A DNA stretch of 64,000 bases from Neodothiora populina. Its lineage: Eukaryota. Positions 47,665 to 59,003 of the stretch are shown one piece after another. The notes under the pieces are model-generated. The model ran no database searches. It had not been told where the DNA came from and saw only the letters and a program-made list of their open reading frames with translations. The stretch covers positions 1 to 64,000 of the forward strand of contig NW_027191415.1 of NCBI RefSeq assembly GCF_041146345.1. Reading direction: 5' to 3'. The first letter of the stretch is position 1, and every line of letters begins with the position of its first letter. The translations under genes and the position numbers were made by a program.

Positions 47665-50076
47665 TTAGTGAAATTCTGCCTGCACAAGCCCGTACTGCAC
47701 ACCATCGACCCTGAGCTCAAATACCAAATCTGCACTCTCAATCTTCATTTGCAGCTCAAAATCCAGATTGTCAAAGTCTACTCCTTTACTTGTAGACAGT
47801 CGCGTGAAGAGATGCTTCGGGACGCTTTGTAGGTCTGTCCGTAGGGTACACACTGTGGTCAAGTCCTTCTTGAACGAGTCAGGTGCCTCGTCTGCATCGC
47901 AGGCAATGAGTTCGTCTTCAACAATCAGTGATTGACCCGGTCGGAAGTTTCGCGTGTAGTGGAAAGATATCGGCGTGTCTGGTGATATAGCCGTACCCTG
48001 GAACCACGTTAGTAGGTCGTCTCGCCCTAACTGTGCAGAGTTTCATGGTAGAATTACCTTTGCAATATGCCATTGCATTCGATCGCTCACCATCCATCGC
48101 TCCCACAACGGACTCCAGTATCGATCCTCCATCGGATGCTTGGCCTCGTCAAACACCGTCGCATAGCTGGTGCCATAATGTAGCCTGCTGCGTCGACTCA
48201 GGACCATGTTATCGTCCAGTCCTCTGAGCACAGCGCCGCGCACAACAGCTGTCCAAGCGTACAACGGCTGCATGACTTCGATGTTGCCTGGTCCCGCTAC
48301 CGGTGTGACTGGATGAGTCGGCTTCTCCGTATACGCGGGTGGAGGGGTTGAATTAAAGTGCTTCTTCAGTCGGTCATACAGATAGTTAGACTGACCAAAG
48401 CCACCGACCAAGATGATGCCAGATACGTTGTCACCCTTTGCTCTAATTGCTCCGACCTGACCTTCTAGCAACTTCACGACTTCGCTGATGACTGGATCGA
48501 AAATGTCCATTACTTGTGCCGCCGTCATGATGAGGAACCCGCTATCAAGACCAGCCTCCTCGTCATCAGCTAAACCGGGTAGTGGGACATTGATTTCCTG
48601 GTGATCTTCCTCGTTGAAGTTGCGCTTCACAAATTCCTCGAAGTATCTCAAGCCCATCATCCAGGCCTTGGGCTTGTTTTCTCTCATGTGATCAAATTTC
48701 TCTTGTCCTATTCGTGATCTGACATGGTCTTCGAAGCGATAATTGAGAAAAGCGGACCCACACAGGCCTCCAGTGCCGACTGCGGACTCTTCTACTCGGA
48801 GTGGGAATGCTGAGGTTACTTTGTATGCGATCAGGTCTACAGTACCGCCTCCAGCATCGCAAACCACAAACTACGGTGACATGTCAGCATACGCTATATT
48901 GCGATTGTCAGAAATGAGACTCACATTATCTCCAACATTGACGCTCGCCGCTTGCACCGTCTTGAGGGTGTATATGGCAGCGGCCTCCGGCTCACTGATC
49001 ATCTTGAGTTCCTCTCGATTGCCCATGCCTGCTCGTTCAGCTGCCTGCAGCGTCGCGTTCTTGGCCGAGTCCGACCACACAGCAGGAACCGTGAGGACAA
49101 ATTGTACTTTTGTCATGGCCATGAACGTCTCACCATATCGTCTGGTGAGAGTCTCCATTGTGTGTTTGTACAATTGCGCCAAGTAGTCGGACACACCATC
49201 CATTACGGTCTTGTCGCATTTTCGCAACTGAGCTGCTGTCTCAAGCGGCGAGACGAAGTGCGGTAATTTCTGGTTACGGTCCAGGAACAGCTTTATGCAT
49301 CTCAATCGTGGCTCTTCGGGCTTGAACTGGAATCCCCATCGTATACTGCGCGGTGCGGGCCGGCTGCCTTGCTGCTCGGGTGTGAGGTTGGGGTTTGTGG
49401 TGCCATTTGCGGAGGTGGGTGGTAATTCATAGGCTATCTCCGTGGGTACTTTGTCTGAAGTTATGCCGTTCCCTCCAGGCCAGCTGGAAGTTGTTAGTCG
49501 GCAGTGACTTTTTTGGAGCGGTATTTAGAGGTGTCTTTACGATTTAATTATGTCAATGTCGTCCGGTGTCGCACTATATACAGCAGCCACCCTAATCGCG
49601 AAGTCAGCGTCGAAGGTAGATGTTTACATCTTAGGAGATCTTATTCCTCACCCAGAATACGTGGTACCAAAATCTACACCCACGATAAGTCTATCGGCAT
49701 TGTACCCCTGTGCTATAGAATCCAAAGGACTATTGGTCGTCGTTGGCGTATCCATTCCTGTAGATTCGTTGGTCTCGTTTGTTCCGTCAGACGCGGCAGA
49801 CCCTCGCGTTGTTCCATCAAAGACATGTCCGACTTGCCGAGGAGCCGAGCCCGCAACGAAGTCTGAACCAGCCATTGGCGACGACCCTTTCTCAGGCAAC
49901 GAATTATTGCGTCTGTAGTTGTGTTCTACGATAGTCGCACCACGGCCGAGACTTGAAGAACGAGGTGGGAAGATGACCAGCGGCGCCCGAGCGGGCGCGA
50001 GTCTTTTCTTTCTACTGTTGATGTTGCGCTCCGCACCTTCGTATGGCGTCAAAACTACGACCTTGGCGACTTGCAT
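47665..50076 (-). CDS. Atypical Hsp70 of the HSPA12-like fungal class (multi-exon; start at 50076 or 49875)
   Basis: IVGVDFGTTYSG, WPGGNGITSDKVPT, FVLTVPAVWSD, ISEPEAAA, VVCDAGGGTVD, ILVGGFGQS, AVVRGA; lacks the canonical lid/EEVD; four GT-AG introns join the ORF pieces. Confidence 0.92.
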
Positions 50077-51615
50077 TCGGAAAGCGAGAAAGGGTAGAAA
50101 CTAGATCTACCCTGTTCGCCTCATGTGGAAAAATGAATGGAGCAGGGGTAGGGCGGAGCTGAATGGGGCAAGGCAGCAGATAGAGGCGGGAGTCTCTGCC
50201 TGGGATTGTCTGCTTCGTTCGGACCTTTTGACTTTCTCGGACTACTCTTCTTCGACGGCGGTTGTCGCAGATGTCGATATGGTGATACAAGTTCACGCAG
50301 CGCTTTTGTCACGTTTGACACCACTCGCCAGGCACTAAGCCTAGAAGCAGCACCTTTGTATTATATCATCTGTGATCGAGCAGAGAGGGATGGCCTAAAC
50401 ACGGAGTCCGGATCATCGTTTACATGCATCAATATTTGGGCCTCCCTTTTTCCCAACTGAGTAAAGCCTTAAAAGTGACCATGTCTCGGAGGATTGACTT
50501 GTCGGGCAGAATGACATAGCATCACCATATAATCGTGGTAGGGTCGGATACTTTGCTCGTCTTCTACCACGGTACCGGACGATTTGACAGCCCAGAGACG
50601 CATGGGTAAGGTATGCGGGGTACATACGGATAATCATCCGCTGCTTTGCGCCAACTTCGTTGCATGTTGATTACAGCAATGTTCAACAAGATACTTTGAC
50701 TGTAGATTGCCCTGCCAAGCAATCCTTCTCACTCTAGATCTCGGGTTTCTTTGGGGTCCCGGACTTTATTTTGACCACAAGCTTGAATCGGATACCCGAA
50801 CATCTCTAACCTTGGATTGGTTTCACTTCAGAGGTACCACGTTTCCAGTGATCCTTTTGACACTCGTCGAAAGGCACGTGCTATACAAGGTCGTCGTACA
50901 GCCTGCTTGGGGGGGATGACAATAGTACAGTACTATCGTGCGTCCCCCCGAAAGTGTGCATGAGGTGAGTAGAAACCTTTTTCTCACATGTCTGCAGCCC
51001 ATGTAGCGACAAAAAGCAGAAACGTGAAGGATGGTGATCCTTGGATTGAACCCTAAGAATGAGAAAGGTCACTCTGACAAGAGACTTTCTCTCCATTACC
51101 TCAATCGGGCTCAGCACCGGACAAAAGACGAACAGATACCATCGCGCCCGTTACATACTTTTCTTCACGAATGCACTAGTCGGGCTCACACTTTCTCGGG
51201 AACGGATTGGGAACTCTCTATCGCTGTCGTTGCTAGAAAAGAAGCAGATCTGCAAATGAATAGACTTTTTTGGCTATTTTGGAGTAGTTGCTGGAAAGAG
51301 ACACAGAAAGAAAGGTTGCTGTTACTATTCTGGCAGTGTGGACCGCGTCGAGTGAGGTGGCTGTTATGAAACTCGGACGGTGAGTCGTAGCAGAGGTAAG
51401 GCAGTGAGCATGACCTAGTGTGGTTCCAAAATAGGTTTTCCACGTTCAGATGTGATGACGGTAAGTGATAGTCGAGCTCAAATCAATACGTTTATCTCTA
51501 TGCAAAACATTCATCTGTACCAAAGGCGATATCGAGTTGACCTCTGAAATCCTCGTCGATCTATATCCATCCATAAATTCAGCTACCCAAGCAAAACAAT
51601 AAAGAGGAAAGAAAA

Positions 51616-53211
51616 ATGTCACAGCCATCAACAACGAAAAGACGAGTCTCCCATCTAGTAGGCCAATTCGAACAACTAGCCGCAGCGATATACCCGCTCG
51701 AAAGCCCATGGGCATCATTATCTTCTTGATCGGCATCGGCATCGGCATCATCTGCAGCAACGTCAGATTCGTCATCGTCAACATATTCACGACCAGACTC
51801 GAGTACCAGTTCAGCAGAAGAGCCAGATATTCTAAAGATCACATCGCCTCTGACGAGAGAGGATCGACCATCCGTTTTCTGCTCACCCAGCAGTAATGGA
51901 AGCAGCAACGACACAAAGAACAAATCAGCAATAAGATTCTCCTCTCCGTATCCGGTGCTAAGAACAAATGTCGACTCCCCAAGTACCGCTTATCCAACCC
52001 CGATCACTCAGAATAAAACCAGACCAGCGGCAGCATGCACGTACAAAGGCCCAGCTCCCGCGCCAGCACCATCTACGAAACCCGATATAAACAATCAGCG
52101 GCAGCAGCAAATCAGCGACGGAGACATCAGAGACAGAGTCACGCGATTAGCGAACGAGGCTCAGAACTGGGTCGTGGCGACTTTTAGACGAGTCAATATT
52201 GGTGAGTGAGGTCTTGTACCTCTCCTTTCTCTCTCAATCTCTCTTGGCTTGGACCTTTAGTCGTTGGTCTGGTTCTGTATGCTCCGGTCTGGGTCTTTGG
52301 TAGTACCAGAAGAGAAGACTCACATGCATGAAAGGATCAATGCTGAGATAGTAAATGCTGACTATCGATCTACAGAATCTCTCCGCAAATCATACAAGCA
52401 GAGTTTAGAGACGAGCTTACCTGCTTCACAACCACATGAGATCGATATGCTTTTGGCTGCGTACTCCCACATTGACAATACGAACAAACTATATGTGTTA
52501 CAGCACACGTTGATGCTCTTCATAATGCAAATATTCGAAGAGAGTGGTTTCTTTGGTTTACCAGTGGAGCTATACAAACTAAGGGAAGTGATGGAGTTTC
52601 TTGATGGTGACTTTTTGTCTCTCATGCCCATGTCTCTACAGAAACCAGCTGATAGATCAATCCAGTTCCGACTGCAGCGTATAACGAGTGGCGTTCGCAC
52701 ACGTTCTGGTACACGCTGAACGCAACAGGAAATGTTCAGGAAACAGTCCATCAAGCTACAGAAAACGGAATGCAGGAATTGAGTACTGAGATGTCCGGGA
52801 GTCTGTCCACGATCGCCGGCTTGGAATTGGACGAAAATCGAATCGCATGCTTGAGCAAAGTGATCGACAATGCTGTCGCTCTTGGCCGTACGTTAAGTTT
52901 ACAGCGTGCCAGATACGTGTTCGTCATGCCGGAGCCGAGTGGAAACCTGGATCTACCATTTGATGAGGAGTTGATGGAGGATGTCTTTGGGGATGAAGAC
53001 TCGAATGACCGACTGGTTAGGTGCGTAGCTTTCCCAGCACTGCTCAAATATGGTGATGAGCTTGGAGATGACGTAAGTAGTCGATCGAATGCATGCTTCA
53101 AGATAAGCCACTGACTTCTCGCAGATGCATCTGAATAATGTCATTGTGAAAGCAAAGGTCTTTTGCTACACTGTCGAGGGATGCAAGATGAGCGATGTTT
53201 CTGCGAGTTGA
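51616..53211 (+). CDS. Uncharacterised protein divergent from the Hsp70, with a GrpE-like C-terminus; in-frame TGA at 51727-51729 (exons 51616-52201, 52376-52606, 52666-53072, 53125-53211)
   Basis: Three GT-AG introns with branch sites join four segments in frame: ISDGDIRDRVTRLANEAQNWV; YNEWRSHT; LSKVIDNAVALGRTLSLQRARY; PFDEELMED...VRCVAFPALLKYGDELGDD...VIVKAKVFC. The 5' structure is uncertain because of the stop. Confidence 0.75.
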
Positions 53212-53216
53212 TCCTC

Positions 53217-54210
53217 TCAGAATGTATTTTCCCTCGTGCGTGGTAGCAGTGGGCTTATCAGGGGCTTTTCCGCAATCACAACAGGCTCAGACTTGCTCGG
53301 AGAATGATGCTGCTTGCTGAGCTTAGACTTCTCGACTTCATCGGGAAGCGAAGTCTCAGTACCCTGATCGGAGTGTGGCTGCTCGACCATTGTTGCCTCA
53401 TATTCCTCCCGTATTCCACGACTTACATCATCGACGCGCTCCGACAGCCAGGCGTTCTCGCGAATAAGAAGCGCGATGGGTGTGAGCTGTGGTTCCAGCT
53501 CCCACATATTGTGGCGTGGGTCGGTACGGTGAAGCTGCAAGAATGGGTGATAGACATGGGTGGAGTAGATGCCCGACAGTTCGCGAAAGACAGAGGCTTC
53601 ACGGCCCGTGGGCTTGTGGATAGAGCTGCAAGAGCACATTCAGTGAGAATACAAGTAGCAAATAAATGATATGGACACAGATAGAAACTTACTCCATAAT
53701 CTCGGTCCATCTCAGGGTAGTTGACTCAAGCTCCGCCCGATCCACAGATATAGGAGAAGGCAGATGACGGACTGTTTCGCGTAGTTCCAGCATACGCCTC
53801 TTCAGATACTCAACGACTTGCTCAAGACGAAAATGAATTTCTTCTGCATAGACCATGACTTTCTTCTTGATATCCTGATTCAGAAGATAAGTAGATGGGA
53901 ACAAATACTTGCCGATCTCGACAACCATCAAGACAATGTCGCGCATTCTACGTTTGAAGTGGCGGACAAGACTGCAATGCTTCAGGTATTCCAGCAGCGG
54001 CTTGTAAGGCTCTCGAAGCTGGGATGGATCGGGCTCGGCGTCGAGATAGAAAGAAAGAAAGGCCTCGGAATTTGTCTCAAGCTCGTCGGCGTGTATGAAA
54101 GGGTGTGACATGTTACTGGGCGTGGGAGATGCGCGAGGTGGTATGACAGTCGGAGAGCCGACGAGCGTGGTGTCACGCGAATGTATGAACGGGGTTTCTT
54201 CAGATGCCAT
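53217..54210 (-). CDS. Hypothetical protein (exons 54210-53693, 53625-53217)
   Basis: The GTAAGT...CAG intron joins two ORFs in frame (TEIMD SIHKP); helical core; no family recognised. Confidence 0.72.
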
Positions 54211-54890
54211 GGTTGAAGGAAGGAAGGAGCAATACAGCACGATGTAATGTAATTCAGGTAGTCGCAAAATCGAGCATTTCCAGGTACGTGAAGGCGGCGT
54301 ACACGAAGGCTAGGCAGATTCAAATAGTTGATCCGTCAGCAGGTTAGCGATTCTTAAGATTGGACGTGGAGAATGAGATAAAGTGCCAGGTTAAGACGAC
54401 TGAAAGGGTGATGGTCGCAAAGACAAGACGGCAAAAGGAAAGTTGTGCTACGGGCAACCGCGTGAAAGTGAGGAAGCGCGTGTTCTCTTGAGGCAACACA
54501 GATGCGGAGATAGAAGGCGACAGGAGGTTGTCGAGGTTGACATTGTTTGCTTGACTTGCACATGCGACTCAAGATCACTCGTGCTATACGGAACACAATC
54601 TACAGACCTATTGACAGAAGAAATGTGCCGAGCTCAATGACACCGGTACACCATGGACTTTCGTTTCCGACAGTGGACCGGCAATAAGTGCCAAAGAGCA
54701 CGACAGCGCCTGAACTAGAGTCCCAGAAGCCAGGAGAACAAGACGTTCAACCTGAAGGGCGATGCTGTTCAGACTTTCGATCTGCGCCTACAGACTAATT
54801 CGCAGGCCATAGTGCTAAGGGCGTGAGAACTTAAGAAGAGGCGGTGATGATGGTATGAAGAGGTGATGTAGAAGAGGAGGGGGGATGTGT

Positions 54891-55982
54891 CTACTCGTCT
54901 TCGTCGTCACGGTCGTCTCCCGGTACATCTACAACTTTTTCAGAGACATTCTCGAGCGTCCGACGACTCCAGGCGCGAACGCCCTTCCAAACGGCCTGAA
55001 CTTGGTCAGAAGATGGAAGATCAGATGAAAGACAATATCGGGGGGCTCACTAATAGAACTGTCACGATACCGACCATGACAGTGATCCATCCGATCTGAC
55101 TGATCCTGTCCCTGCCGGTGTTGCCTCTCCTGTGTCCACCTCCCATCAAGCCAGAGCTTCGCCAATTCCACCACTGCCACGGACTAAGGGTCAAGAGGAA
55201 CTTGGCAAATCCCAGCAAGCCGAGAGAGGCCATGCCTTTGAGGAAGTGTTCGATCCACGTGGTAGGTTCGTCATCGTACAGATGACTCGTGCCATGAGAG
55301 AGGCCTTCCGTGAGTGAATCATAAGGATCGATGTAGAGGTTAATGATAGGGTCCGCCACATAGCCAAGGAAGAAGGCGGCGACAAGGAAGATTGCCACGG
55401 TCAGGCCAATCTGGGAAGCTGGGAATCGTCAGCGCTGCGAACAGAGGACGACGAGAGAAATCCGCGCTCACCTGTACTGCTGATCAGTCGCCCCCAGGTC
55501 ATTCGCTCGAGATTGTAGTTGTATTTGCAAGTGGGGCACTGCCAGTAGTTGCGCTTCTCCATGGGGTTCTGCAGTCGCCAGGCTGTCAAGCAGCCCTCGT
55601 GGACGTACTTTTGGCTGCCTTTGCAGAGACAAGGACGGAGCAGACGACCACCGTCCTCGCTCTCGTACGTGACGGAGGGAGTGGACGATTGGAAGACACC
55701 GGCCAGATGCTCCGAAGGGGGGTGGGAGGTCGGCAGGACTACTTCCAAGCAGATGCGGCAGGTGCGAGGGCGGTAGAATCTCTCTTGTCGCGGCTCTGGT
55801 TTGGGACTCCGAGTGCCTGGCGGCGCAGTATATGAAGCCCAGGGTGAAGGGTCTGAAGATGCTGCGGATTCAGTAGGATCGGCCTTGTGGTTCTGAGGGG
55901 GGTGAGTGTTGTCTTGTTCCCAGCTCCCTGGCAGGTCTTGCGGCCACTGCCAGGTGGGCGAATCGGCGGCTCTGGAAGTCAT
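54891..55982 (-). CDS. RING-CH (RINGv, C4HC3) membrane E3 ubiquitin ligase (exons 55982-55472, 55418-55051, 54995-54891)
   Basis: CRIC...PCLCKGSQKYVHEGCL..W...CPTC followed by TM segments; two in-frame introns. Confidence 0.92.
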
Positions 55983-56730
55983 GACCGAAAGAAATTACGT
56001 GTGTTGCGATGTTACCTCTGCAATATGTCGGTCCAGATAATGTGGGAAATTCTACATGCACGTGTTGAGCCAGCCAGCATAAAGAATGTGTGTACAGTGA
56101 GTCGCTCGATCAAGCAGCTACAACATCGACAGCATCATGTAGCAAGCTCAGAGCAGACATGTGTCGTGGTCTCAAGCGAGAAGAGCATAGATCCGACGGG
56201 ACTGATGTCCTGGTGATTTGACTCTACTGATGACAGACTTGTGGCTTAGACGACGGTCAAATCCAAGGCAACCTTCTGGTCGGCTCTATGAGAAGGCACA
56301 GCTGGCGATAATCGAAAGAAAAGGGTTCTGTCGCCGGAATGTGTGGTAGACAGCTTTCTCGGTTCGTGAGATCCGAGTCGCCTCCGAGGCACGAGGGAAA
56401 TGTGAAAGATCCGGTAAGGTACCTGAGGTAAGGTATGGCAGAATTAGGGCTTGGGATAGGGCTGGATCAGGCCAATGGAACTTGGAAGCTCTCACCGCCC
56501 GCGGCAAATGGGGCGCGTCACTGTTTCGCTGCCTGGAGAGCCTCACCTGCAGTTAGTACCTTGCTCTTGGTTGTCATACCTTTGATATTAGAGATCAATT
56601 CATTTCCATCTCGCTTCATCTCATCTGCCTCTTCCCTCTCGACTGCTCGTACAGCTCCCTCTTTCGATCTCTGGTTCATTCTGGACATCTCACTGAAGTC
56701 GGACTCGTCTCTGCCCCTCTCAGGTTCGCC

Positions 56731-57746
56731 ATGGCGGACAGATACTCTTTCTCCCTCACAACCTTCTCGCCCAGGTGTGTATCTCATCCATCACCAGAAA
56801 GACAATGGCAGAAAACTGACCCTGTGTAGCGGAAAGCTGGTGCAGATCGGTGCGCATCTTCCGAGCTTCTGGTGATGATCCGAGGACTTGTACTGAGCAC
56901 AGATTACAGAATACGCCTTGAATGCCGTCAACCAAGGTGTAACGTCTCTCGGCATCAAAGGTAGACCAGACAACAACGACAGAATGACCATACAGCACCC
57001 GCAGTTACTAACGATCAACCACTCCAGCCTCCAACGGAATCGTCCTTGCCACCGAGAAGAAGTCATCGTCGCCGCTCATCGATGCCGCCTCATCATCCAA
57101 GGTCTCCCTCATCACCCCCAACATCGGCATGGTCTACTCTGGCATGGGTCCCGATTACCGCATCCTTGTCGACAAAGCACGCAAAGTCTCGCACACAAAC
57201 TACAAGCGCATATACAACGAATACCCCCCGACTCGCATTCTGGTCCAGGACGTCGCGCGTGTCATGCAAGAGGCCACTCAGTCTGGAGGTGTGCGACCGT
57301 ACGGTGTCTCGCTGCTCGTCGCCGGGTGGGATGACGGCATCGAGCCCGAGAAGGAGGCCGGCGAGACTGACGCAGAGAGAAAAGCGGCGGCCAGTGGCAA
57401 GACTGGAGGAATCCTCAAGGGCGGCCCGTCTCTGTACCAGGTCGATCCCAGCGGCAGTTACTTTCCCTGGAAAGCCACCGCCATCGGAAAGAGCGCCACG
57501 AGCGCAAAGACCTTCCTCGAGAAGCGATACACTGACGGTCTCGAGCTCGAAGACGCCATCCACATTGCTCTGCTCACACTGAAAGAAACCATCGAGGGAG
57601 AGATGAACGGCGACACTGTCGAGATTGGCATCGTCGGTCCTCCGGCTGATCATCTGCTCGGATACGAGGGTGTCGAGGGCGCTCAAGGCCCGAGGTTCAG
57701 GAAGCTGAGCCCGCAGGAGATTGAGGATTACCTGACGAATCTGTGA
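56731..57746 (+). CDS. PRE8: 20S proteasome subunit alpha-2
   Basis: [28 protein letters not shown] across three introns; [36 protein letters not shown]. Confidence 0.97.
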
Positions 57747-58451
57747 GCTATTATTGGTCGCAATAGAAGGACACAATGCAATAATCCATCACCCACACGC
57801 CAGAGGCATGATTCGTGCATCCCTCGGAAAGAAATAGAGGAGAGAGAGAGAAGGGCTGCGGCGCATATAGTTCCGCTTCTTATTGCTTGCTTGCTTGCTT
57901 GCTTGCATGCACGCAGTAACTATTTTCCGCCAGCATCTGTATACTATAGCATGCATGCATCACTGAAAGAGAACCCCGAAAAGGAAACTGTCCCGAAGGT
58001 GACCGAATCGTTCACCATGTATCTGTCACTCCTGTGTCTGTCAGACGACCAAAACCCAAGAATTATCTTTTTCAAGGCAAGTACACTCAATATAGTGCAT
58101 GCGGAACCCAGAAGAGTAGAAAGAGCTCGATCATCAATTCTGTGGTACACTCAACCATGGAGTCCAAGGCAGATAGGTATGTGGTTGTGCAATGTCAGAA
58201 AGAGCCCTCACCAGTTCTTGCCCTTTCCGTTCGCTTTCCTGCTTAGGCTCCTTCCTTTTCTCTCCTTGGCCCCATTCCGCTTTTTGGAGTGGCCGACTCG
58301 AATTTCCCATCTCTGTTGTTTTTCTCTCTCTCCCTTTTCTCGTCTAGTGAATGTAAGACAAATTGTCTTTTCTGCTTTTCTTGGGCTTGCGTAGCCTCGA
58401 CTTGTAACACTCTTCGCGCATAACCTAGTCACTTGCACGGTGCTCGACTAC

Positions 58452-58506
58452 TTCTTCTCTTCTTTCCTCTTCTTCTTCTTTCCTCTTCTTCTTCTTTCCT
58501 CTTCAT
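58452..58506. repeat. CT-rich (TTC/TTTCCTC) low-complexity repeat
   Basis: cttcttctcttctttcctcttcttcttctttcctcttcttcttctttcctcttc. Confidence 0.8.
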
Positions 58507-58795
58507 CTAGTATGTATCTCTCGGGGAAGTGATGAAATAAAGTGTGGATGTGACGATTGAATGATTGATTTCTGTTGATTATGGTCATTGTCTATTCCAC
58601 CGCTCCAAGTTTGTCCCCTCCTTTCTGGTTGCAACGAAAACTAAACAGCCATCCCATGTGCTTTTCTCTGGAGTGCTAATCTCAACTGAAACTGTAACAG
58701 CAAAGCGTACCAACTGATTTGGTTGGGAATAAATAACAAGATTGCTTCTCCTCTCTTCTTCCCCACACTACACACCACATCCCGCCGATTCATTG

Positions 58796-58873
58796 TCAAA
58801 ACGAACGTACGAATCCGTGTTGGTCTCGTCCGCCTGGTTGCTGGTTCGCTTGCTGTTGTTGTTGTTGTTGTTG

Positions 58874-58916
<43 letters not shown>

Positions 58917-58972
58917 GACTGCTGCTGCGACTGCTGTTGGGGCTGCTGTTGGGGCTGTCCTTGGCCTGGCGT

Positions 58973-59003
<31 letters not shown>

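Noticed and set aside
56501..56510. GCGGCAAA upstream of PRE8, similar to the Rpn4/PACE element
   Set aside because: Single imperfect match; not distinguishable from chance.
57325..57425. Acidic insertion in PRE8 relative to the yeast and animal alpha-2 subunit
   Set aside because: As I recall, a usual feature of filamentous-ascomycete orthologs rather than a novelty.
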